Below are positions 45,001 to 54,278 of a stretch of DNA of 57,715 nt, piece by piece (within the stretch, counting starts at the first letter, position 1; the number at the start of each line of letters is the position of its first letter). A program made the position numbers and the translations under genes. Source of the stretch: a virus (lineage: Duplodnaviria > Caudoviricetes); the IMG/VR virus record IMGVR_UViG_3300030376_003804, positions 1 to 57,715 of that record; one strand, given 5' to 3'. The notes beneath the pieces were generated by a model, which saw nothing but the letters and a program-made list of their open reading frames with translations, was not told where the DNA came from and did not search any database.

Positions 45001-47160
45001 ATTAAAGAATTGATTCATAGGTAACTTAACCACTCTAGGTGTATTTTGATTAGAAGCTGAATATGTATTGTTAATATTAGCGGCTTTCATTAGCATTTGT
45101 TGTAATTTGCCATCACCAGAACCACTTTGTATGGTAACTAAACCAAAACCTTTGTTGGTCTTACCCGCATCTCCAGCAAACTGTTCAGCATAATCCATAG
45201 TGGTTGAGTCTTTAACTATAGGCAAAGCTTCAGCATATATAAAGTCATTATCAATATCAGCACCATCCATACCTAACCGTGTTAATACAATACCACCTAC
45301 AATAGATTCATCATTTTGACTACCACCATAAGCATTATCAAGTCCATATTTTAAGAATTCTTCTAGAGTAGTATGAGTATCGAGAGGTTTGTAATTAGAA
45401 AAAGTAACAACTACACTTCGTAAAAAGGTTCTAGCCTTAGTTCTAATAGCAGAAGTATCACCAAACCTAGCACTTGTAAAATAAGAAGCACCTGTTGTTG
45501 TATTCTGTGGGTCATTTACTAAGTTACCACTTGAAGTAGGTTTAGTAGTTCCTAAGTAGTTTTGTATGTCATATAAAACATTTGGTTGTAACTTAGCAAT
45601 GTTCATATCTAAACTTACATAAGGCATATACGTTCGTCTATCACCTAATCTATTCAAAGACATATCTTGAATTATAGGATAAGGTAAATTATATTTAGCC
45701 ATGTATGCAGTTTGTGGATTTAAAGAATTTTCTCTACCAAAATATTTTTCTATATCTGCATTATCTGGTGAAAAGTCCCATAAATGGTACAAACGAGCTG
45801 CGTTTGCGCCAGAATTTACTACGTCAGACTGCAATTCTACAGTAGAACTTACTATAGGTACTTCTGTACTTGCAGTAAATGGATTATTAAATGTCATTGT
45901 ACTATATATTTTATCAAATAAAGTATTGTTTTTTGTAGTATTTACTGTGTTTTCAGGGTCAGGATTAAAAGTTTGTGTTGAATCATATCCAACCATTGCC
46001 ATATCAAGTGCACCTAACGATATACCATATCCACATGATTTACCCTGCCTATTTAATATAGAGTAGAAACCACCACCACCATCATAAGAAGCATATTTAG
46101 CAATATAAAGTCTACCATTAGCAAGGCCCGGTACTTCAGTATATTTACCACTACTATCTTTAGCATATCTATTAGGGTTTAAAGTTCCATACCGTACAGT
46201 TCTAGCTTGTATACCTTCACCCATAGCGGTAGCATAACCATCAGGTGTTGATAAATCATACGCATTTCTGGCTGGGAAAGGGTAGTAACAGTTTTGCTCC
46301 ATAAGCATTTTAACACGTTCAGTTCCTATAGGACCCATATGGCGAAATGAGGCTTCGGCTTTAACTTTATACTTAAATTCATCGTAATAACTACATACTA
46401 TAAAAGGGTGTCCTTTTTTAACCACAGCATTAGCACCCTCTCTTACAAACTCAGTCACAGTAGAAAGTTTTGCATCTAAACCATCAAAATTTTCTTCTAT
46501 GTTGATATTTGGTCCAGTGTAAGCACTTAAAAAACTAGTAATACTAGCTCCTATACTATCATCTAATTGCAATTGTGTAGTAGATGTAGTAGTTCCAGTA
46601 TAGTTAGATGTTAATGTAAGGGATGTATCACTTGCTATACTTGCTACTTCGTATTTTTCTCTAGAACCTACAGGCCCTATCCAAACAAATGCACCACCTT
46701 GATAATTACTACCATTGAAAAAATCACCAAAAAATCCGTCTGCTCCATCAAAATCAGTAGAAGCACCTCCGATTGTAGTAGAACCATTAGTTGCAGTAAT
46801 TGTACCTGCTGCTGTTTTTCTAGCAAACTTCATACCACCTTCAGTAATATCATAATCGTTATGTAAAGCGTATAATTGTAAAGTAGGAACTGTAGAGTCA
46901 CCGTCTACTACACTGACCCCAGACACATAAGTTCTTAAAAAACCACCAGCTAAGTTGTAACGACCTCTATCTACATGTTCAGTAGTGTCTACACTACCAC
47001 TTAAAACTAAACTATTAGGTGTTTTACCAGTTGATATGTCATAGTGGTAGTCAGTTGCATTAGAAAAATCACCGTGTTCGTCAAACACCATCTGCCCATT
47101 TGTTACTTGACTCTCTACATAAAATTTATTAGGTTTAACTTTAAGAGTTTTGACTGGCAT
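42061..47160 (-). CDS. Very large tail/receptor-binding protein with C-terminal LamG-like domain
   Basis: 1699 aa after the TMP; LFVDG...FQGRIEEFVLWD. Confidence 0.75.
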   Translation of the reverse strand: MPVKTLKVKPNKFYVESQVTNGQMVFDEHGDFSNATDYHYDISTGKTPNSLVLSGSVDTTEHVDRGRYNLAGGFLRTYVSGVSVVDGDSTVPTLQLYALHNDYDITEGGMKFARKTAAGTITATNGSTTIGGASTDFDGADGFFGDFFNGSNYQGGAFVWIGPVGSREKYEVASIASDTSLTLTSNYTGTTTSTTQLQLDDSIGASITSFLSAYTGPNINIEENFDGLDAKLSTVTEFVREGANAVVKKGHPFIVCSYYDEFKYKVKAEASFRHMGPIGTERVKMLMEQNCYYPFPARNAYDLSTPDGYATAMGEGIQARTVRYGTLNPNRYAKDSSGKYTEVPGLANGRLYIAKYASYDGGGGFYSILNRQGKSCGYGISLGALDMAMVGYDSTQTFNPDPENTVNTTKNNTLFDKIYSTMTFNNPFTASTEVPIVSSTVELQSDVVNSGANAARLYHLWDFSPDNADIEKYFGRENSLNPQTAYMAKYNLPYPIIQDMSLNRLGDRRTYMPYVSLDMNIAKLQPNVLYDIQNYLGTTKPTSSGNLVNDPQNTTTGASYFTSARFGDTSAIRTKARTFLRSVVVTFSNYKPLDTHTTLEEFLKYGLDNAYGGSQNDESIVGGIVLTRLGMDGADIDNDFIYAEALPIVKDSTTMDYAEQFAGDAGKTNKGFGLVTIQSGSGDGKLQQMLMKAANINNTYSASNQNTPRVVKLPMNQFFNMKFYVDASARQGSNISSRNPYSSFPTSTQGVGMRCVFETDTINQDSDSEDLYTDMPFLDLNFSISGGNTTGGGSGDATGGDTPSFSFSDRFVTTDNITPKYPKHMIIWVQNYRFVSSAEAQFAFGDNDIIDTASGSAIEAEVYVDNFQAVDFYKTLASTTAKGQMPAPLQFPQGENADSPITFIEDSTYDITSFNTGVAQSATAANTTIRSYSPASYFSVGFDSKLDLPISGSSTARRGYLLLSDFYTTSFSQLENIVPDLYSGATISLSDGNYAGGLQNDRLGVEMSGSTYASGTVGTHYFDPAVGNNQYAVTGGKDVATKVCVGTGSNNNFLSTDGFTQKGFVNINISNAGNATSDAYANWGKRENILCSTKVTDVARGGNSLNSNQLQIADPTVLNPYNKDEQYILFIVGFPVSTAYYRILTLRDGVSSVDENNVVTFNESVVSGSTTQPIGQETMLPYLYLSPYKYWINLNTKGDQDYKPRTYTGVTLVNNNMSGASASPSSITGTTYNEAVYTWKNSNTGSVGLSAPYENAWQFLFDPDSESAMILKQDFGYGAYNVETKTGGYLSYCTPAIDTYNYMDIGSLLVDRSVQERGTYNLLLRQIPSNYPTNVKLIGDEYSSTNTDQFKPTYIFEYIDDTPFVNSFSVEPAYSILDGNTNLYDLGTENLNAVKFKWDMEDDDIWYQIIFIDNNGTIENKYQNAKLWIPCNEEPTTLTTKPTINWYNQIANTSGTATVGANVRSFIDGVQGYSPKISGNSAGTQSIQIANGDNNAFKDLTEYTMSVHVTFDSSEKGSNTIVLGQGVFNHLIALRKNSSDIIEFQHSNGSQSSTATGSTVIRCDGKTVYSIIVTYKYQSEAGPDLQLFVDGTLDGYVTDAVSQSTSTDNFDLGYYTASLPGGTNYFQGRIEEFVLWDKQYIVANGNEYIYNTADLDDLTSSSINTWSAKLFVFDYHNIRGKTYREVGSSKNISWRTTPI

Positions 47161-49739
47161 TATACTAATCCTCCGAACGAATCTATACCAATTGTAACAT
47201 TATTGAGCTTCATACCACTACCTATAGTATTTTCAGTGGCTCCATTATTTAAAAGTTTGCCTGATGTCTCTGGCATAAACAACTCAGGACCTTGTTCTCC
47301 TACAAGATATGGAGCACCACCACTTGGGAATCCTCCCTGTGCCATTGGAGTTATGTAACCACCACCAGCCTTCTCTGTAGCATGTTTATATAACATATAA
47401 CCACCAAGTATAGCTGCTGCAGGTAACAGACCACCACCTAACATCATTGCACCTCCAGCCATCATACCACGTCTACCTACAGCACCACCCATAGTTCTCA
47501 TTAGTGCTCCTTTAGTTTTGAAACCGGGACCTTTCATACCGGCTGTTTTGAATCTACCACCTGCTGTTGTATATATTCCACCGCCTGCAGCACCCGCTAA
47601 AGTTGTAGCGTAGTAACCAGCTGCAGCGACTGTAGCTCCTCTCCACATCATACCTAAACCAGCGACCGCAGCAGCCTGTATGGGTATTATACTATTAATA
47701 AGTTTGAATTTAATATATAGTTCTAATAAACTACTTTGTCCAACTCTGATTCCAGCCATAGCATCTATTATATCTAATGTAAGTTGCAGAGGTATGGCTA
47801 ATGTTCTAAGAGCTCCTGCGTAACCCTCAGTATCTTTAGCTAAATCTTGTAATAAAGCTACAGTTTTGTCGGCTATAACATTAAATTCTTTAACTGCCTC
47901 TACTGCAAAATCTTGTATACCTTGTCCTAATTCTGTTAGTTTCTGGTCAGCTCCTTCTCCTTCAACCAACAAGTCCCTAAATCCTTGTACAGTTTCTACA
48001 ATAGACTCGTGGAATGCATTCAAAAATCCAGTACCTTCATATGCTGCATCCCTAAAAGCAAATATAGAAAGAACGTTTGTTTTTAAAATTTGTACTTGAG
48101 CAGATAAAGATTTATTCTGCTCTTCAATCATAGCGTCTAATTGACCACCAGCATTTTCAGTTTCGCGAACTGCTTCAGTAAACTCATCTGAGGCTTGAAC
48201 TAAGTGGATAAACGCAGTAGCACCACGCACATTCAAGTCTTCTATCAGAGTAGTTAGTAACTCTGTATTAGATGCAGTATCTGGCCCAACAGCAGCAGCA
48301 AAATCAGCTGCTATTTCAGTCAATTGTTTCATTTCACCCTCTGCGTTGAGAATCTCAACACCCATTTTACGGAATCCTACCTCAGCATCAAGCGCACTCT
48401 CAGCAAACTCTGCGACAGCCTGTCTTAAACCACGACCTGCAATACCTGCCTCTAAAGCACGGTTAGTAAGCACAGCTAATGCCCCCAACAGCTGGTCTAA
48501 GCTTTGACCTGTAGAGGTAAAGAAAGGTAAAGCGAACTTAACAGCGCTTGCTAAATCTTGATATTCAATCAAAGATTTCTGAATAGCAAAAGCAAACTTA
48601 TCTGTAACAGACCCTGCTTCTTCCATTTCCATGTTAAAACCAAACAAAGTCTGTGCAGTCAATTTAGAAATAGTATTGTGGTCACCTTGTACAGCCATAG
48701 ATAACTTCAAAGTCTCAGGTAATATAGCAAGTGCTTCGTTAGCGCTTACACCAGCCGATGCAAGTTGGTACATACCTTCTGCACCATTTTGTACAGCTAT
48801 ACCGAACTCGTTACCAAACTTCATTATTTCATTACCTATGTTAAATAAGGTGTCATGTGTCAAGTTAAATACAGAGTTTGCATTGATAAGTTCACGTTCA
48901 AACTCCATCACTGAGGTACCTGCTCTATGAAGTTGAAAACCAAAAGCGGTTAAAATAGCTACACTATTTCTTAAAGCGTCGTTAAAATTAGTTCTAAGGG
49001 TATTAGCTGCACCAGCGAACTGAGCACCTATGTCTGCTCCCTCATCATCCATTTGGTCCATCTCTCGGTTTATAGCATTTAGTTCACCATCGATTTGTTG
49101 TAACGTCTGTAATCTTCTTTTTTCCTGACGTACCGTTTTATCTAGAGATTGTAGTTGTTCTCTTAATTTTTGAGCTTGTTTGGTAGATAACGTTTTACCT
49201 TTAGTTTGGTCTAATAGTCTTTTCTTTTCTCGTTCTGCAAGGCGCGTTGTGCTTTGTAATATATTATTTTGATGTCTAATTTGCTCAGCTCTCTCCATTT
49301 TATTCATTCTTGCCATCCTTGCAGCCATTTGTTGCATGGTACGCATACCTTGAGATGTTTGGAAAGTACCTAAATCACGTTGAGCAAACGGTTTATTCAT
49401 CTCTTTTGTTAATCTTTTGTATTCTTTACTATTTTGAGCGTATACTCTACGTGTATTACGTATAGATTTTTTACTCATTTTGTCTAAATTTTGCTCTAAT
49501 TTAGTAGCAATAAAGTTAGAAGTACGTTGAGCATTACTACGTGTGGCTTGATTTAACCGAGCTAGCTTTTTTCTATACTCATCACTTAAATCTGCCCCTT
49601 TAGCAGCCATCTGAATACGTTTATGTATACCTTTTACACCTTGGGCAAGCATACTGCCGGTCTTACTGAGAGCCTTTGGGCTCGGAACAGCTAAACCTAT
49701 CGCGACACGCGCTGCAAATACTTGTCCGGCGAAACCCAT
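47160..49739 (-). CDS. Tail tape measure protein
   Basis: TP901-type core (A.GMYQLASAG, AG..AGRGLR), C-terminal YLVGEQGPELF.P; follows the chaperone pair. Confidence 0.92.
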   Translation of the reverse strand: MGFAGQVFAARVAIGLAVPSPKALSKTGSMLAQGVKGIHKRIQMAAKGADLSDEYRKKLARLNQATRSNAQRTSNFIATKLEQNLDKMSKKSIRNTRRVYAQNSKEYKRLTKEMNKPFAQRDLGTFQTSQGMRTMQQMAARMARMNKMERAEQIRHQNNILQSTTRLAEREKKRLLDQTKGKTLSTKQAQKLREQLQSLDKTVRQEKRRLQTLQQIDGELNAINREMDQMDDEGADIGAQFAGAANTLRTNFNDALRNSVAILTAFGFQLHRAGTSVMEFERELINANSVFNLTHDTLFNIGNEIMKFGNEFGIAVQNGAEGMYQLASAGVSANEALAILPETLKLSMAVQGDHNTISKLTAQTLFGFNMEMEEAGSVTDKFAFAIQKSLIEYQDLASAVKFALPFFTSTGQSLDQLLGALAVLTNRALEAGIAGRGLRQAVAEFAESALDAEVGFRKMGVEILNAEGEMKQLTEIAADFAAAVGPDTASNTELLTTLIEDLNVRGATAFIHLVQASDEFTEAVRETENAGGQLDAMIEEQNKSLSAQVQILKTNVLSIFAFRDAAYEGTGFLNAFHESIVETVQGFRDLLVEGEGADQKLTELGQGIQDFAVEAVKEFNVIADKTVALLQDLAKDTEGYAGALRTLAIPLQLTLDIIDAMAGIRVGQSSLLELYIKFKLINSIIPIQAAAVAGLGMMWRGATVAAAGYYATTLAGAAGGGIYTTAGGRFKTAGMKGPGFKTKGALMRTMGGAVGRRGMMAGGAMMLGGGLLPAAAILGGYMLYKHATEKAGGGYITPMAQGGFPSGGAPYLVGEQGPELFMPETSGKLLNNGATENTIGSGMKLNNVTIGIDSFGGLV

Positions 49740-50030
49740 CTAAATACCTTTGAATGTTACTTTTCGTTTTATACCTACCATTTCCTCATATTTTCGTTTC
49801 TTTTCCATATATTTGGCATATTGTGACCTAACTTCAGGCTTATTCTTAGCCATTTCACTAATATCTTTGTCACTATACCCATCCATTGAGTGTAATGAAT
49901 CATATTCATGACTAGCTATTAGTAGTCCCTGTAACTCATGGTTAGGCGTATGCTTAATTTCATTCCAACTCATCCCTAAATTCTTCATCAAGGGGATGTA
50001 CAACAGTACCGCATCAGGCGATTCTAGCAT
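49740..50030 (-). CDS. Tail assembly chaperone, downstream (T-like) part
   Basis: In the -1 frame relative to the upstream chaperone; directly before the TMP. Confidence 0.75.
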   Translation of the reverse strand: MLESPDAVLLYIPLMKNLGMSWNEIKHTPNHELQGLLIASHEYDSLHSMDGYSDKDISEMAKNKPEVRSQYAKYMEKKRKYEEMVGIKRKVTFKGI

Positions 50031-50392
50031 CAGTCGCGAAAATTTTCTTTCGTTTCTTCCTCTACGCCCAATATTGAATTAGATATGGCATATCTTAATG
50101 TTGTTGGTAAAAGTACCCATTGTTCGGCTGTAATTACAGGTCCATCAGGGTTCTTTTCATTGGCTTTTTCTAACATTTTTACCACTCTGTTAGAGCCTAT
50201 TTCTTGATAAATAGCCAATTTTTCTTCTTCAGGCATATCTTCCGATACTCCAGTGAATTTTGGCTCTTCTTGTTCAGTTAGTTCACAAAATTGAAAGTGA
50301 ACCATCTTTTTTCTATATTCTACTTCGTTTTCTTGCACCTCATCAGTGAGTGCTACTAATTCGTCCATTGACCAAATTTTCTTTTCTGTCAT
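50030..50392 (-). CDS. Tail assembly chaperone (G-like)
   Basis: Between tail tube and TMP; GGAGA SD before ATG 50392. Confidence 0.75.
   Translation of the reverse strand: MTEKKIWSMDELVALTDEVQENEVEYRKKMVHFQFCELTEQEEPKFTGVSEDMPEEEKLAIYQEIGSNRVVKMLEKANEKNPDGPVITAEQWVLLPTTLRYAISNSILGVEEETKENFRD
50039..50045 (-). other. Programmed -1 frameshift slippery site A AAU UUU
   Basis: X XXY YYZ heptamer two codons before the stop; a -1 slip reads ...ENF-SRL-MLESPD into the downstream ORF. Confidence 0.72.
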
Positions 50393-50402
50393 TATTATCT
50401 CC

Positions 50403-50427
50403 TGAAGGGGGCTCATGCCCCCCTCAA
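50403..50427 (-). other. Hairpin between the tail tube and chaperone genes
   Basis: GAGGGGGGC-ATGA-GCCCCCTTC. Confidence 0.5.
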
Positions 50428-50439
50428 ATCTTTAAAACC

Positions 50440-51036
50440 TTACAGGATTGCTGTTGTTATAGCTGTACCGTACTTGGTATCTCGATAAACTGGTTCAATA
50501 TATGTCATCAATTCTAATGTTTCATCCATTGTACCGTCTGTATTCATAGTCACAGTGTGACTTTGTACACAACATCCCATCAAAGTAATAACTTCATTAG
50601 AAGCGTTTCTTGTGCCGGGTTCTATAGTTATAAAAATCCTATAACCTTTAGTAACTGATGGCTCTTCCAATCCATCTAATACAGCGTTGGAACCGTCACC
50701 ACCAAATCTAGCATCATTAAAAATTACATCCCACTCATTGTTTACCTTTTTACGAGTAAAAGTGACTGTGGTATCCTTTTTTATTTCTGCTTTTGTTTGA
50801 GAACGCATACCAAAGTATGAAATATCTTCATCCATAGCTCCAATATTTAATTCTACACTTGTAAGTTGATTCCAGCTACCAGTTGCTCCAACCGGAGTGC
50901 TTGTATCCAAAGCATCAGCAAAACCAGTAGCTACATCATCGAAAGCGACTGTACCGTTTACTCCTACTTGTATTCCATCAGCTGTATTTTCTGTAGAACA
51001 TGCTACAGTTACGTCTTTACCTAAGAAAAATGCCAT
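50440..51036 (-). CDS. Tail tube protein, paralog 2
   Basis: MAFFLGKDV..., HTVTMNTDGTMDETLE; position before the chaperones. Confidence 0.7.
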   Translation of the reverse strand: MAFFLGKDVTVACSTENTADGIQVGVNGTVAFDDVATGFADALDTSTPVGATGSWNQLTSVELNIGAMDEDISYFGMRSQTKAEIKKDTTVTFTRKKVNNEWDVIFNDARFGGDGSNAVLDGLEEPSVTKGYRIFITIEPGTRNASNEVITLMGCCVQSHTVTMNTDGTMDETLELMTYIEPVYRDTKYGTAITTAIL

Positions 51037-51040
51037 ATTA

Positions 51041-51814
51041 TCAGAGCTCTCCTGTAGGTGTCATCGTTGTATCAAAACCAGTTGGTGCACTAGCCGCACT
51101 GGTGTTGGTTGGTGTAGACTCTGTTGGAGCTACACTGCTTGTAAATTCGATAGTTTCTTCTGTAACGCCGTCTGCATTGAGTGTTACCGTGTGACCAGTC
51201 ATTACTGCGTTTCTTACGGTAAAAATTTCACCCGGATTAGCTGAGCCATCGGGTCTATTACCGATAACAAGGTGTACTCTATATCCGTAGCAACAGCTTG
51301 TTGATGCTCCAGATTCAACTACACTATGCATAAACGTACTACCGTCATTAATATAATATTTATTATCTGTGGTGTCTGAAATTACACCAAATCTTGCGCC
51401 CATTCGGTGGTCGTCCACCTTGTCGCCGCCAAATTCTGCTGCTACGCTTGGTCCGTTGTATAAAACGTCAAAGAAATTGTTACTCTTTTTACGTGTTATA
51501 GTGACAACGGTTTCTTTTCTAAGTTCCACTTTTTGCATTATCTGTGGTTTACCTACAAAAGGTCCTACGTCTTCGTCAGAAATACTTATTGACAGGTCAA
51601 TACCTGTCGTGTCGCTTATAGAACCACTTAAAACAGCTGCATCGTTAGCCATACGAGGTATCATGTTGCCAGAAGTCAAACCAGTGTGTGTTAAAGTAGC
51701 TACATTACTAACTACTCCAATACCATTATCACCGTCTGTGTCTCCTGAACCTCCGTTTAGCTTAGATTCTGTTGTGATGTATAAGTCAACATCTCTTCCT
51801 AGGAAATATGCCAT
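51041..51814 (-). CDS. Tail tube protein, paralog 1
   Basis: MAYFLGRDV..., HTVTLNADGVTEETIE; own promoter and AGGAG SD. Confidence 0.7.
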   Translation of the reverse strand: MAYFLGRDVDLYITTESKLNGGSGDTDGDNGIGVVSNVATLTHTGLTSGNMIPRMANDAAVLSGSISDTTGIDLSISISDEDVGPFVGKPQIMQKVELRKETVVTITRKKSNNFFDVLYNGPSVAAEFGGDKVDDHRMGARFGVISDTTDNKYYINDGSTFMHSVVESGASTSCCYGYRVHLVIGNRPDGSANPGEIFTVRNAVMTGHTVTLNADGVTEETIEFTSSVAPTESTPTNTSAASAPTGFDTTMTPTGEL

Positions 51815-51891
51815 ATTTTTTATTCTCCTTTTTTTGTCTAGACTTTCTATTCAGACATTCCACTCGTTACCATTATTTTACATTTACTTAG

Positions 51892-51906
51892 TATATAAAG
51901 CTTTTG
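51892..51906 (-). promoter_or_regulatory. BRE/TATA promoter for the tail operon
   Basis: CAAAAGC-TTTATATA-C. Confidence 0.65.
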
Positions 51907-51907
51907 C

Positions 51908-53701
51908 TTATCTATCGTCTTGGAATCCTCCATCTCTCCAATTCGCTACTTTTTGTCTTCGTGCTATAATAAACGGAGCCATAGATATGTTTTCACCTAC
52001 ATCTCCTTTCCATGCACCCATACCACCTTGATTCCATACACCTAAGAATCTTTTGTTTGGGTTTCCTTTATCATCCCCAAACTGAAATTCTTTTGACATA
52101 GATTCTCTCATACCATGTGGCATTCGGTCATACCATGCCTGTGATAAATCATTAGAACTAGTAATTAAACGTTGAAACCATCTCTGCATAGCTGGTTTAC
52201 CACCGCCTTTGTTTATGTTAGCTATTATTTGGTCATATAAATTTTTAGCTATTTCTGTAGGAACCAGAGACACAGTAGAGTTTATACCTCCTACTCTTAA
52301 ATCATATATCCCTTGTTCTAAATTGAAAGTTGCTCCAGTCATAGCTTCTTCATTTATTAACTCATCACGTCCTGCACCCAATATAGCTTGACCGTAAGCA
52401 TCACTATATGCTGTGTTCATCATCTCCATAGCTGCATCTTGAGTATCAAATATACCCTGAGAACTACCCCACAAGGCCATAGCTTCTCCCAGAGTACCTG
52501 TAGCTCCTCCTTGTAACGCCATAACATCACCAGCAAGTGGTGCTTCAAATTTGGGAACTACTCTACCTTTTACCCTTTGTGTACCGCTCCTTATTATAGT
52601 TAATCCTATAAAACCATTCGGCATTGTATTCTGATACACATGCGAAACAGCGTTTTTAGCTAATCCTAACTCAGCAGACATACTCTCATTACGTCGACCT
52701 CGGTCTAGAAATTGTTTCAACGCAGTCCACTCTGCTGGTCTATACATATGTTTAAATAAGTTATCATCCATTGATTCATTTAATACACCCCCTCTACGTA
52801 ACGTTGAATCTATTGTAGTACGTAATGCACCAAACGAAGAACCCATAGTACCTAAAGATTGTTCGAATTTCTGTTGTTGTTCTGGGGTCATTCTATTTAC
52901 AAAGTCGACTATCATTCTATTTAACTTACTTGTAACACCCTTTACATGATTTCTAAGTGACTCTGTTTCTTTGTCTGGTTCTGCATTCTTCATGTTCATC
53001 ATAGCTTTATCTGCAGCTTTTGATGTCCTAGCTTGTGTAACTTCCATACTTCTTACTGTTTCATCAAAGTTTCTCAGTTCGTTTGATAAAAAGCTTGCCA
53101 TACCTCTATGTTCTTCTAAGTGTAAATCAAAACCTTGCGAAGAAAATCCAACACCACGTTGTAGCTTTCGATTTACTTCACCTTCAAATATATCTTGTGG
53201 CGTTTTTTTCTTAGCAATCATTTCATCATCTAACATCCTACTAAGATTAGCTAACCCTATCTCATCAACAATACGTGACGGAACTGGACTACCTATCATC
53301 TCACCAACTGCAGTTCCTCCATTAGTCTCTAGAATTCTTTTAAAATCCATAGCACCTTGAGCAGCACGGGCTGCACTTTGTTGAGGTGCTACTTGATTAG
53401 CTATACCCCATCTTCCTCTAGCACCATAATATTTACTCATATGAGCTAGTCTATCTTCACCTAGTCCCATGTAAACACTACGCCTTACATCCCAACTATA
53501 ACCAGTCGCTTCTGCTCCAGCATCTCCAGTGTCGTGTGGACCATAAGCCATATATCCCGTACCTCTACCTGCAAAATCAGAATTCATATCTAATCTATAC
53601 TTCTGTGTAAAAGGCATATAAGGAGTAAAACCAATCGCAACGTTTCTTAAAATTTCTTGCTTGTAGAATGGCTCTGCCATCACATATTCATTAGTCGCCA
53701 T
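51908..53701 (-). CDS. Large unknown protein in the neck/tail module
   Basis: 597 aa between the tail terminator candidate and the tail tube; no motif recognised. Confidence 0.65.
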   Translation of the reverse strand: MATNEYVMAEPFYKQEILRNVAIGFTPYMPFTQKYRLDMNSDFAGRGTGYMAYGPHDTGDAGAEATGYSWDVRRSVYMGLGEDRLAHMSKYYGARGRWGIANQVAPQQSAARAAQGAMDFKRILETNGGTAVGEMIGSPVPSRIVDEIGLANLSRMLDDEMIAKKKTPQDIFEGEVNRKLQRGVGFSSQGFDLHLEEHRGMASFLSNELRNFDETVRSMEVTQARTSKAADKAMMNMKNAEPDKETESLRNHVKGVTSKLNRMIVDFVNRMTPEQQQKFEQSLGTMGSSFGALRTTIDSTLRRGGVLNESMDDNLFKHMYRPAEWTALKQFLDRGRRNESMSAELGLAKNAVSHVYQNTMPNGFIGLTIIRSGTQRVKGRVVPKFEAPLAGDVMALQGGATGTLGEAMALWGSSQGIFDTQDAAMEMMNTAYSDAYGQAILGAGRDELINEEAMTGATFNLEQGIYDLRVGGINSTVSLVPTEIAKNLYDQIIANINKGGGKPAMQRWFQRLITSSNDLSQAWYDRMPHGMRESMSKEFQFGDDKGNPNKRFLGVWNQGGMGAWKGDVGENISMAPFIIARRQKVANWRDGGFQDDR

Positions 53702-53702
53702 A

Positions 53703-54278
53703 CTATCTACTATTCTTGAACACTACAACCATACTAGCAGTAGCCATCCATAGGTCTAGTTCAGGATTATAAGCTAAATCTCTGAAACCACTAAACATAC
53801 GTTGGTCTACCTCAGTTGCGGCTGGTGTTCCTGTAGCCCCCTTTGTAATATTAGAAAAATCAAGGTCCATAAGAACATTAGCGCAATTAAGCATGAGATA
53901 ATTAAGCAACCTTCTCTCCCTATAGGGCTGTGCTACTTCTCCCCCTGACGTAGTATTGGTAACCGTAATAGAGCTTTCACTATCTACCATTATATGTATA
54001 TTAAAGCCTACTCCATAAAGCTCCCCTCGTGCATCTGTTCCAGCATTGTTTGTTAATTTCTGGCCCATAAATTGCTGTTCCATCCCATTAGCGACCATTT
54101 CTGTTATTATGGATGGGTAGTGTACGTCATCCGTTGTAGGGTATTGGCCATATACTTCAACATCTCCACTAGACCATGCCGTAGCAGAGCCCGTAGTAGT
54201 GGTGTATGTGCCTGTACGGAGCTTGTCAATTAGAGCTCGCTCTATATTGTTTAGATGGTCTGGTGGATTAGTTGGCAT
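53703..54278 (-). CDS. Tail terminator candidate
   Basis: Size, position and P......YPSI motif. Confidence 0.55.
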   Translation of the reverse strand: MPTNPPDHLNNIERALIDKLRTGTYTTTTGSATAWSSGDVEVYGQYPTTDDVHYPSIITEMVANGMEQQFMGQKLTNNAGTDARGELYGVGFNIHIMVDSESSITVTNTTSGGEVAQPYRERRLLNYLMLNCANVLMDLDFSNITKGATGTPAATEVDQRMFSGFRDLAYNPELDLWMATASMVVVFKNSR

